From Mobula hypostoma (lineage: Eukaryota): DNA of 64,000 nt. The translations under genes and the position numbers were made by a program. This document shows, piece by piece, positions 12,501-24,155 of the stretch. Location of the stretch: the NCBI RefSeq assembly GCF_963921235.1, contig NC_086097.1, forward strand, positions 68,016,001 through 68,080,000. The letters run 5' to 3'. Below the pieces are notes generated by a model, which was not told where the DNA came from, ran no database searches, and was given only the letters and a program-made list of their open reading frames with translations. Position 1 is the stretch's first letter; each line of letters begins with the position of its first letter.

Positions 12501-13349
12501 TACAATTCCATTAAGTGCAAATCTTTCCTTAATCCATCTTAAGCACTGATTACTGAACTTTCCCAGATCCAACCTAGAGACCAAGTGATATTCAGCCACT
12601 GCTGATCCCAAGAACTGTTCCACTCCCCTTTCATATTCCCTCACCCATCATTAAATGCTTATATCTTGTTCCAAATCCTCCCACCCACCTATGCCCTCCC
12701 CTATGCCACCCACATCTCTGGCCAAAATACTGGGTTATTAGGGATGGGCTACCAACTTCCTAAGCCCTAGCTCAGGATCAAAATACTACCTTGAAAATCT
12801 GTGCTATTAGGCCTTAGGAACAACCGAATTTTCCAACAAAGACTAATCTTCAAGTTACTAATTCCATTCTGCAGCATCTTTTCGGTCTACCCTTTAGAGT
12901 ACATTAGAATCCTTTGGCAAGCAGATCTATAATGATGGATCAATTTCATTAAAATATGGAATATTTTTGTATTATCTTGGAGGACAAGGATATTGTCTCA
13001 AATTTTTAAATTACTACTTTATACAGATGAACATTCCCACTTGTATAAACTGAGAAAAATATAGGACCATGAAATTTGTCTACAAACTAAAAGGGCACTA
13101 CTTAACGGACCCAGTCTGGTCTGCTGTCATTGTATAGAAGCTCATGGAGATGCTTGAGCACTGAAGTGACAATCACGTTGTTTCACGCATTAATGCACAT
13201 TAAGCATAAATAATTTCAGGAGTTCTGTGCTGAAACCTACATTATTTAATGAACATTAACTCACATCATGCCTGCTGACCTTAAAGGAGAAAAAGGGCAC
13301 TGAACTGAACCATTACTGGAAATTGTGGGATACTGATAACAATAATGCC

Positions 13350-13350
<1 letters not shown>

Positions 13351-13396
<46 letters not shown>
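13351..13396. repeat. (AC)23 microsatellite
   Basis: Seen directly. Confidence 0.97.
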
Positions 13397-13398
<2 letters not shown>

Positions 13399-16339
13399 CA
13401 TTTTCTTTATCACTGGTGCTGACCACAAGATCCTGTTGGAAGTAGTCCATATATAGCAGGAAATTTTGCTTGCTTGGAGCCCAAAGAAAACCACCATGAG
13501 CTGAAATAAAATAGCAGTAGGAAGTAGTGAGAGAGATAAATGTCCAAGGTGATGCCCAAGAAAATCTGATCTGAGAATATCAAAAAGTTTGATGACCTCA
13601 GTAGGACTGGCCAAAGAAAATGGTAACAACAATAACTCACATTTATCAACATCCACATTATTAAATTCATTTATTTACCGCTACTCCAACACAAACACAT
13701 AACATGCCTTACACACACTTCCAGCTTTTCAACTATGGCAAGCATATTATATATACACCCTGTGGCACATTCACAACATTTCTCCTCACGTATGAGAGGA
13801 AGTGTAAAATGTCAATGACAAGCTGATGGGAAATACCATCAGCATCACAACTCAAACACTTAGAAATGCCAGTAATATTGAGTTTAAATAGCACAAAGCT
13901 AATGGCCATTGAAAAATTGAGATCAATGCTGATATTCTCAATGTGCCTGATTTGCCTGGCCTATTGCTTCACTAAACTCGTATTACATATTCAAGTACTC
14001 AATGAAGCCTCCTGTACTGAAAAGAAAGAAATCAATAGTGTATCACTGCACCTAACTATTGCATTCATCACCTCAGGTGCTTTAGAGGTGCTATATCAGA
14101 TGAACTGATGGCTCAAAGGACTTGAGCTGTTTATCCCTGCATCTCACTCTTCAGCATGCTGCACTATGCAGATATAACTGAAGTCAATGAACGAAGTGGA
14201 GACTGCAATAGGGTCTTCATGATGTGATGACTGAGAAATTACTCCACAGTACAGCTTCAGAGGGGGTTCTGCCTCACCAGAGACACAAGAGACTGTGGAC
14301 GCTGGAATCCTTTTCTTTCGTTGCTACACCCTCCGTAGTCTGATAATCACGAAGTTACAAGAAATAGAAGGATGAGAAATGAAAAAATGCCTGGCAATGA
14401 AAAAGAGAGCCTTTTAAAAATTGTTAGGTATTTCTTATAGTTCTGGGTACATAAAGATAGCTTGTGCCTAAAGTCTGGACTTGGGATGATAACTGGCAAG
14501 TCACAATTGTGCATCTCTTGTCCCTGGGAATAAATAATTTCATCAAGTGTAGGTCTCACCATTTCCTTAATGTTAAGTGGGATTACCCTTGCCCACAACA
14601 ACATCTGGGTATTATTATTGATGAGAAATTTAGCTGGAACAGTCACTTAATTACTGAGGCTATTAGAGCATAAAGGCTGCAAATGCTACACTCTGCAACT
14701 CAGCACCTTATCTTGTGAAACCATTCTATTGGAGTGGAATTTGAACAATCTCTTGACTATTATAGTAAGGTGCACTGTGATCTCTGGTTTTTGAGAGAAC
14801 AGTGGAGAGTGCAACAAATTTTCCCAATTCACCAAGCGAATTCAAACATACTACATCTCAACCATGCCGATATAAGTGGGAAAAGTATATTTGCCATTTC
14901 TTTCCCAGTGAGTTTCGTTTTGTTCCCCCTTCACCAGTGCATTCATCCTGTTATCATCATCCTGTTGTATAATATTATCTGTACAAGTTACATTTAATAG
15001 GTGAAACCAATTTACCATCACTAATGCAGAACTAACTGCAAAGTGTTCAATTGTGGCAAATTTAGGATTAATGAGCTAGGACCTCTTCAGGATATTTAGT
15101 GACAGCAAACATACAGTCAGAAAACTAAATCAGAATTTACAAGAACCAAGATATCATTTCAAATGTTCTGATCAAATTTCCAAAAATCTTGAAAGATCTA
15201 AAATGAGATTAAAGTCAGCACAGAAGCCCTTCAATGAGAAACTAATTGTCTTTAACTTGATTATTACTAAATAAAATTCCATGCAGAAGAGACAAAATAA
15301 ACTTATTTATTTTCCTACATTCCCATCACCTTCATTCCAGACAACTTAGGATCAAAAAGACTGGTATTACAATGGCAGATTTCCAAATGAATTTTTGTGA
15401 AAATTTATCAATAAGATCAGAGACCAAAGGTAGGACCAAAGTTGTACTTTCCTGATCTGACTAAAATAACTTAAAAATTGAAGCCTCCATACGTCCTGCA
15501 GAATACAATTGATAACAGAAGAAGTACATTAATGCTTTTAAAACATCGGTGCTTCACTTCCCAAGACTATGGAATGCATTTTCAAGTGTTGGACCTGGAA
15601 AAATAGCATTGGTAGCAATATGCTCTTTCAAATTTCTATGCCATTGTGGTAAAGAACTTTGTTTTAAAACATGCTTAACCGAATAATAATAAAGCAAGGA
15701 GTGAATCTCAGTATTTGATAAAGATATGTCTTATTTTTCTGGTTGTAGGTACATTTCCCAGGGACAATCAAAGCGTTTCTCTTAAGGATATAGGAACTTC
15801 TGAGTGGAATTTTATTTCGTAATACTGTATTCTAGCTAGATGCTGCTTTGTACAACATGTCTGTTCTTGAATCTTGGCCTCATTAGTAAAGAAGCTACAC
15901 ATTGGGCAGAGCATAGGTTATATACTTCATTTATCTATAATTAATTCATGTTAAATGCTTTTCCTTTTTTAAAAATCTTAGCTAACAGTTGACAACTTTA
16001 CACACTCACTGTAGTTAATTGTGACTTTTTCCTGAACCAATTGTTGAAAATAACGTATTTTTGGAGAAATCGAAGTATTTCAATGTAACATTCAGTCTTA
16101 ACAAAAGATGTTAACGTAATCATGTTTTTTTTCTACAAGAAGCTTCTCTTCAATCTAACTACCATTTATTGAAAACTGTGGGATACATTATTATATGCTA
16201 ATATGCAACACTAATTTTTGCTCTCAGATTTCAAAGCCAGATTAGAGAGAGCTGTGAAAGTAGGGTTAAGTGTTTAGGATGGACACAAAGGAAAGTATTG
16301 TATTTGAATTGTAGCTGACCTATTAACATTTGGAAAGCT

Positions 16340-16546
16340 ACAAACTGCAGATTCTAGTAATCTAAGATTAAAGGGAGACAATTATGCAGGAAGTCCATCG
16401 AGCAGGCAGCATCCGGAGAGAGAACACTAGAATATTTTAGTTTTATGACCTTTCATTAAAACTGCTAAAGGATCTGAAACTTTAAAGTTGCTTCTTTCTT
16501 CACTGATGCTTCCTTGAACTACTGAGTATTTTCAGCAAATTCTTGG
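16340..16546. mobile_element. Ancient miniature fold-back element derived from PLE termini
   Basis: CTGCAGAT..AGCAGGCAGCATC on the left and GATGCT..CTACTGAGTATTTTCAGCA on the right resemble inverted PLE ends; highly diverged. Confidence 0.5.
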
Positions 16547-16837
16547 AGTTCTTCATAACCTTCCAGGTAATGTAAAATGTTAATAATTTCATGCAAGCAA
16601 TATTGATGCCATCAAAGGACTAGGATTTTAGTGGGTGCATGAGAGGTCTGTAGAATACTTGAGGCAATGGAGATTCTATTCTATCATCAGAAGAAAAGAG
16701 TAATATAAAACTGGTTTACAAAAGGTTTAGTTTAACTTGACATCTTGGCCAGAGCAGAAACTGTGGTCTCTAGTGCCTGTTCCTGCATCCCGTATGTTCT
16801 ATGTTCTTTACAAAAATAAATATGACCCCTAACTGGG

Positions 16838-17330
16838 TTCTTGATTAGCCAGGGCATCAAAGGGTATGGGGAGAAGGCAGGGGAATGGGGATGACTGGAA
16901 GAATTGGATCAGCCCACGATTGAATGGTGGAGCAGACTTGATTGGCCGAATGGCCTACTTCTGCTCCTATATCTTATGGTCTTATGGTCTAATGAAAGGA
17001 ATGACAGCAGACAGAGAGACTGCATTGTGCAGAGAATTGTTCCATAAACTAAATGCACAAATAATTGATTTTAAGGGTGTTGGCTAAGGGATAGATATTG
17101 GAGAGGATTCAAAAGAATCTGAAAAGTCATTGCCCCACAAATGTGTGAAGTTAATATTGCTTGTCTTTTACCCAGATCTTGCTAAGTGAGGGCATATTAG
17201 TCAGTATAATGATTACAGGAAGAAGGTAGGAATGGGGTTGAGAGGGATAATAAATCAGCCATAATGGAATGGTGGAGCAGACTCTAAGGGTCTAATGGCT
17301 TAATTCTACTCCTTTGTCTTACGGTCTAAC
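16838..17330 (+). mobile_element. Two CR1 3'-end fragments
   Basis: GAATGGTGGAGCAGACT..GAATGGCCTACTTCTGCTCCTAT with (TCTTATGG)n tail; a second copy ends near 17327. Confidence 0.8.
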
Positions 17331-17825
17331 ATTTACAAATTGGAAATGGAGCTAAATACATGGTCATAACTGACAAACGTTCCCAAGTTTTCATAAACCC
17401 AAGAAGTACTGCAGATGCTGCATATCTTGAGCAACACACACAAAATACTGGAGGAACACAGCAAGTCATGCAGCATCTGTGGGGGAGAATAGTATAGGAT
17501 GGGGGGGGGGAAATGGGAAGGAGTACAAGCTGGCAGGAGATAGGTGAGACCAGGTGAGGGAGAAGGTGTGTGGATGGGGAAGGTAAGTTGAAGTTAGAAG
17601 CTGGGAGGCAATAGGTGGAACAGATAGAGGGTTGAAGAAGCAGGAATCTGATCTGAGAGGATAGAGAACCATGGCAGAAAGGGAAGGAAGAGGGAAGTGG
17701 TGAATCGGTGACGAGAAGAAGAGGGGTGAGAAGGTAACCAGAATAGAAAAGGGAAAAAGAGAGAAGGAGTGAGGAGAGAGAAGTTACCAAAAGTTGGAAA
17801 AAAATCCATGTTCCTTAATAATTCC

Positions 17826-19014
17826 TGTTAGGGCATATTCTAGAGTTATGGAATATAGTAAATATTAATTTCAATAGACAATAGGTGCAGGAGTAGGCCA
17901 TTCGGCCCTTCAAGCCAGCACCACAATTCACTGTGATCATGGCTGATCATCCACAATCAGTATCCAGTTCCTGCCTTATCCCCATAACCCTTGATTCCGC
18001 TATCCTTAAGAGCTCTATCCATCTCTTTCTTGAAAGCATCCAGAGACTTGGCCTCCACAGCCTCCTGGGGCAGAGCATTCCATATATCCACCACTCTCTG
18101 GGTGAAAAAGTTTTTCCTCAACTCCGTTCTAATTGGCCTACCCCTAATTCTTAAACTGTGGCCTCTGGTTCTGGACTCACCCATCAGCGGGAACATGCTT
18201 CCAGCCTCCAACGTGTCCAATCCCTTAATAATCTTATATGTTTCAATAAGATCCCCTCTCAGCCTTCTAAATTCCAGAGTATACAAGCCCAGTCGCTCCA
18301 ATCTTTCAACATATGACAGTCCCGTCATCCCGGGAATTAACCTTGTGAACCTATGCTGCACTCCCTCAATAGCAAGAATGTCCTTCCTCAAATTTGGAGA
18401 CCAAAACTGCACACAGTACTCTAGGTGTGGTCTCACCAGGGCCCTGTACAGCTGCAGAAGGACCTCTTTGCTCTTATACTCAATTCCCCTTGTTATGAAG
18501 GCTAGCATGCTATTAGCTTTCTTCACTGCCTGCCGTACTTGCATGCTTGCTTTTAGTGACTGATGCCAACAGCACCCAGTCTTCAAATCTGAACATGGAC
18601 TGTAGATTGAATTTAAGATGCAGCTTGGAACAATGGTTTTCCTCGAGCTACAGACTGGGGTTAATTGCAAACCAGGAAACACCCATTGACCTGAGAAGTT
18701 TGCATATGCATGAATGCAGCTTAGGGACAGTGGTGATTAACATTCATTTTGGGTGTCTGGAGTGTTGATGTGAACATCTAAATGTTTGAGAATTATATGT
18801 AATTCAAAAAGGAAGCATTATGAATACATTATAACGATAGAAATTGTCCTGCTGTTACCTTTGATCTTTAGCATATAAAAATGTGATGCAATGTTGGGTC
18901 AGTGAGCCTCTCTCCAGAGTGATTCCAAATACTGTCAGTTTGTGTGCGCCGAATAAAGGCTTTTCTCTGACCAGCTGTGTCTCTCTCCAGTGGGTACTGT
19001 TGACAGTCACAACA
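17826..19014 (+). mobile_element. Possible solo LTR containing a CR1 insertion
   Basis: Begins TGTT and ends AACA; AATAAA at 18952; flanks ATTCC/ATCCC could be an imperfect 5-bp TSD. Confidence 0.35.
17872..18565 (-). mobile_element. 5'-truncated young CR1 LINE
   Basis: ORF 17957-18682 QAVKKANSMLAFITRGIEYK..RPHLEYCVQFWSP..; CTATTGT-type tail. Confidence 0.92.
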
Positions 19015-19257
19015 ATCCCTGTTGGAGGTGGTGGAAGTTGCAGAGAATGATGTACTAGATCAGAATGCCTATGGGGTGGTAGGTAAGGACAAAGTAAACC
19101 CTATCCCTATTTTGACGCTGGGTGGATGGGATGAGGGTAGATGTACAGGAAATGACGATCTTGGAAGGTGTATCCTGGCCCAACATATTGATGCAATTAT
19201 GAAAAAGGCATGACAGCAGGTACCTTTCACTGGGAGTTTGAGAATTGCTGTGCCATC

Positions 19258-19590
19258 TGTTACATACCCCGTAACTGGGTTGCCAAACCAGCAGAAATGG
19301 ACCACTTAGTTGGAGTCTGGATTACTGGAACTAAGAAAGTTTTATTAAAGAAATAAGTAACACAGTACTCTAATAGTAAGGATATAAATGCAACAGGTCA
19401 GCAATGATAAAACACACATGTACACAGAACTAGGACAATAGGATCAGTCAAGCTCTATCGCAGTCTAGGGGTAAAATGATCAGTCTCAAGTGACGCAGAG
19501 TTCAGTTCAGTTCGCAGTAATCGCTGTTGAGCCGTTGGGGGAGGAGAGAGAGGGGAGAGAGGGGGGAGAGGGGGGAGAGGGGAGAGAGGG

Positions 19591-19638
<48 letters not shown>

Positions 19639-20149
19639 TGATATTCCTCGCAGTTAGCTTTCGGGCGAGCCCTTTGTAATGTCTTCTGAGGTCACCGACT
19701 GTGACCCCTCCGTTCCAGATACAACCGTCCTTCTGCGGTGAACCCGGCACCTAGGCAAGGGCAGACACACACACCAGGTTCCCGCCAATCGTACCTTCTC
19801 ACCCTGTGCGTCTATGGTCAGTCCCGCAATCAGACCTCCAAAAACTCCCACCAACTTGTGGGGGGGGGGCACACCGCACTTCCAGGGTCTTGTTACCTCG
19901 TGATCTCGTGGTGTCGTGGTGTGTCATTTTCCTTAGCGAACCTGTTCCTTTTATCCCCCTGCTGGGGTATCGCCTGTCCATCAAACTTCAAACAGTTCAG
20001 GTTCAAAGCAACCGGTCTGACAATACTCAGAACTGTGTCTCTTTTCGTTAATCTCTCTCGTCTCTCGTCTCTCATATTAGCATTTTGAATGTTTCCCCAT
20101 TGTCTCTCTTTTCGGCATCAATCTTCTGATAACTTGGTCTTTTGTCACA
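19258..20149 (-). mobile_element. Solo LTR (892 bp), probably Gypsy
   Basis: TGTTAC...GTCACA ends; 4-bp TSD CATC at 19254-19257 and 20150-20153; AATAAA on the minus strand near 19345; internal (GA)n tract at 19541-19633. Confidence 0.88.
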
Positions 20150-20505
20150 CATCAAAGACTCTAGCAAATTTCTGCAGATGAAACCATGGAGAGCATTCTG
20201 AGAGGCTGGTATTGAGGTGTGAATGCCTAGGATCGCAAAAGGTTGTAAACTCAGCCATCTCTCTATCGTGGGCAATCGCCTCCCCTCCATTGAGGACATC
20301 CTCAAAATGTGATACCTCAAGAAGACAGCATCCATCCAGGACATGGCCTCTCCTCATCACAACCATCAATAAGGAACTGAAGGAGCCTGAAGACACAAAC
20401 TCAATGTTTCAGGAACAGCTTCTCCCACTCTGCCATCACACTTCCAAATGGTCCATGAACCGTGGACACTGCCTCAGTATTCTGCGCTCTTTTTGCACTA
20501 TTTTT

Positions 20506-21302
20506 ATAGTCATAGTCATAGTCATACTTTATTGATCCCGAGGGAAATTTGGTTTCGTTACAGTTGCACCAACCAAGAATAGGGTATAAATATAGCAATA
20601 TAAAACCATAAAAAATTAAATAATAATATGTAAATTATGCCAGGAAATAAGTCCAGGACCAGCCTATTGGCTCAGGGTGTATGACCCTCCAAGGGAGGAG
20701 TTGTAAAGTTTGATGGCCACAGGCAGGAATGACTTCCTATGACGCTCAGTGTTGTATCTTGGTGGAATGAGTCTCTGGCTGAATGCACTCCTGTGCCCAA
20801 CCAGTATATTATGTAGTGGATGGGAGACATTGACCAAGATGGCATGCAACTTGGACAGCATCCTCTTTTCAGACACCACCGTCAGAGAGTCCAGTTCCAT
20901 CCCCACAACATCACTGGTCTTACGAATGAGTTTGTTGATTCTGTTGGTGTCTGCTACCCTTAGCCTGCTGCCCCAGCACACAACAGCAAACATGATAGCA
21001 CTGGCCACCACAGACTCGTAGAACATCCTCAGCATCGTCTGACAGATGTTAAAGGACCTCAGTCTCCTCAGGAAATAGAGATGGCTCTGACCCTTCTTGT
21101 AGACAGCCTCAGTGTTCTTTGACCAGTACAGTTTACTGTCAATTCGTATCCCCAGGTATTTGTAATCCTCCACCATGTCCACACTGACCCCCTGGATGGA
21201 AACAGGGGTCACCGGTGCCTTAACCCTCCTCAGGTCTACCACCAGCTCCTTAGTCATTTTCACATTAAGCTGCAGATAATTCTGCTCACACCATGTGACA
21301 AA
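20506..21302 (-). mobile_element. Young 5'-truncated Rex1/Babar-type LINE
   Basis: ORF 20664-21263 TKELVVDLRR..YKYLG..LYFLRRLRSF..SHPLH..SFLPVAIKLYN; (ATGACT)n tail. Confidence 0.92.
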
Positions 21303-22749
21303 GAATACACATATTCTTATTGTAATTTATAGTAGTTTTATGTATTGTACAGTACTATTGCTGCAAAAGAACAAATCTCATGACATGTCAGTGATGATAA
21401 ACTGACTCTGACTCTGTGGGTGAGAAAGGGCAACCACATTCTTTGGGGATAAAAGGAGATATCTCAGATGTTCTAGAATGAAAAGTCTCTTCTGGAGAAC
21501 AACTAAGATCCTAACACTAAGCACATCTTTCTTGACTCTTCACCTCTTTCTCCGCTTTCCATATGGATTGCTCTCTACGTGACTTCCTTGTTGGCACTTT
21601 TCCCTGCAAGATGAGAAGTGCTACACCTGCCCCTACACCTCCACCCTCACCACTAGTCAGCACCCAAACAGTCAGTCCAGGCGAGACAACACTTCACCTG
21701 CATGCCTGTCGGGGTCACCAATTGTATTCAGTGCTCACATTGCAGTCTTATGTATAGTGGTGAGACCTGATGAGGACGGGGTGTATTGTCTTGTCAGGTA
21801 TCTTTGTCTTACCCATTTCAATTTGACTTCCCATTCCGACTTTTCTGTCCATGGCCTCATCACTGCAATGATGAGACTAAACTCAGGTTGGAGGAGCAAC
21901 ACCTCGCATTCAATCTGAGTAAGCTCCAACCTAATGGCATGAACATCAATTTCCCCAACTTTCAGTAATGTGTCCCCTCTTCCCTCTTTCTCTCTTTTTC
22001 CATTCCTTATTCTGGTTAACATCTCACCCTTTCTATTCTCTTCACCTGTCTATCACCCCCCCCTCTGGTTCCCCTCCTCCTTCCCTTTCTTCTCAGGTCC
22101 ACTATCCTCTCTTATCAGATTCCTTCTTCTTCAACCTTTTACCAATCTCCTCAGCTTCTAACTTCATCCTCTCTTCCCCAGCCACCCACCTTCCACCTCA
22201 CATGATCTCACCCATCACCATCCAGCTTGCACTTCTCTGCCTCCTCCCACCTTCTGCCCATTTCCTTCCCGGTCATGATGAAGTATCTCAGCCCAAATGT
22301 TGGCCATTTATTCCCCTTCATAGATGCTACCTAACTTGCTGAGTTCTTCACACATCTTTCTCTCTGACTGATTTTTACTAGAGTTGCTTGACACCAAATG
22401 ATAATCATAGCTCTGGAATTCAGATCTTTGTTTCATAATTGTGGCAAAATAATCAGAATCTCAGCAGAAACCAAAGTTCTTATTAGCTGGTTATCACTGA
22501 ATAAATTGTGCCTCTAACAGTGGCTATGAAACATTCATTCCCTGTTGATTGGAAGCAGTTTAAGATTGCAGTAATTGGCTAAATGGGATTTGCATTGATA
22601 GGTTCACATCAATATTGTAACTGTAGTGGGCCAGCTTGGCTACAGGTGTAACTGGTTGCAGATCACAAGCTTCAGTGCAGCAGCTGGGAATTTGTTGAAG
22701 ACCAAGTCATCTTTCACAAACATTGTGCATATATATGCAGTTATTCAGG

Positions 22750-24155
22750 GACACAAGAAAGTCTGCAGATGCTGGCTAGCAACACACACAAACTGCCGGA
22801 GGAACTCAGCAGTCCAGGCAGCATCTATGGAAATAAATAAATGGTCGACATCTTGGGCTGAGACCTTTCTACAGGACTGATAAGGAAGGGGGAAGATGCC
22901 AGAATAAAAAGGTGGGGGGAGGTGAAGGAGGTTAGCTGGAAGGTGATAGGTGAACCCAGGTGGGAGGGAAAGGTCAAGGACTGGAGAAGGAATTTGATAG
23001 GAGAGAAGAGTGGACCATATGAGAAAGGAAAGGAAGAGGGGACCCAGAGGGAAGTGAGAAGAGGTAAAAGGTCAGAATGGAGGGAAAGAAAGGTGGGGGT
23101 AATTATTTTACTGCAAGGAGCAATCGATATTCATGACATTGGGTTGGAGGCTACCCAGACCAGAATATAAGGTGTTGTTCTTCTACTCTGAGGGTGGCCG
23201 CATCTTGGCACACGAGGAAGCTATAGACTGACATGTCAGAATGGGAATGACATTTGGCCACCGGGAAGTTCTGCTTTTGGCAGATGGAGCGGAGGTGTTC
23301 AATGAAGCGGTCCCCCAATTTACAACGGATCTCACAAGTGTAGAGGAGGCCACATCAGGAATGCCTGGAACAATGAACAACACCAGCAGATTCACAGGTA
23401 AAGTGTTGCCTCACCTGGAAGGACTGTTTGGGGCACTAAATGGAGGCAAGGGAGGAGGTGTATGGATAGGTGTAGCCTTGCAAGGATATGTGCCAGGAGG
23501 GAGATTTGTGGGGAGGGACAATTGAACAAGATAATTGTGGAGGGAGTATATCCTGCGGAAAGCTTGGGGAGGGTGGGGTAAAGATATGTAGGATCCCTTT
23601 GGAGATAGGGAGGATGATATGTTGGATGTGGAGGTTCATCGAATGGTAGGTAGGAACAAGAGGAACTCTATCATTGTTAGGGCAGCAGGAAGATGGGTGA
23701 GCGTAGATGCTCGGGAAATGGAGGAGATGCAGGTGAGGGCAGCATCAATAGTGGAGGTAGGGGGACCACACTCTTTGAAGAAGGAGGACATGTCTAATGT
23801 TCTGGAAAGGAAAGCTGTGTCCCAGGAAAAGATGCAGTGGGGTCAAAGGAATGGAGAAAAGGGAATAGCAGTTTTAACAGGAGATAGGGTGTGAAGAGGT
23901 ATTGTCAAATTAACCATGAGAATTAGTGGATTTATAAAAAATGTCAGTTGACAGTTTGTTTTCAGAGATAGAGACAGAGAGAAACAAAGAAAGGGGAGGG
24001 AGGTATCATAGATGGATCAAGTGAATTTAAGGGCGAGATGGAAGTTGGAGGCAAAGTTGGTGAAATTGACGAAGTCAGCATGGGTGCATGAAGCAGCACC
24101 TATGCAGTTGTTAATGTAGCGGAGGAAGAGTTGGGCAGTATTACTGGGGAAGGTC
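22750..24155 (-). mobile_element. PLE 3' part (RT C-terminus plus GIY-YIG region), degraded
   Basis: Reverse strand LFLRYINNCIG near 24100-24130 (decayed RYIDD); GIY-YIG region at 23130-23500; degenerate hammerhead near 22843-22880. Confidence 0.88.

Larger units (their letters stand above)
19160..21414 (+). mobile_element. Old Rex1-type LINE 3' part, hosting a solo LTR and a younger Rex1-type copy
   Basis: QHIDAIMKKA before 19257 continues as AAAGACTCTAGCAAATTTC after 20153; tail (CTGACT)n near 21405. Confidence 0.7.
17395..22340. mobile_element. Old inverted PLE pair (minus arm ~17395-17812, 19015-19155, 21415-21500; plus arm ~21510-22340) broken by nested insertions
   Basis: Pieces are collinear with the PLE at 22750-24155; plus arm encodes LRLEEQHLAFNLSKLQPNGMNINF and ends in a degenerate hammerhead near 22272. 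Confidence 0.65.

Noticed and set aside
13261..13656. ORFs with CVCVCV or THTHTH runs (also 62687-63031)
   Set aside because: Translations of (AC)n microsatellites.
17991..18563. 190-aa plus-strand ORF
   Set aside because: Antisense shadow of the CR1 ORF2 frame.
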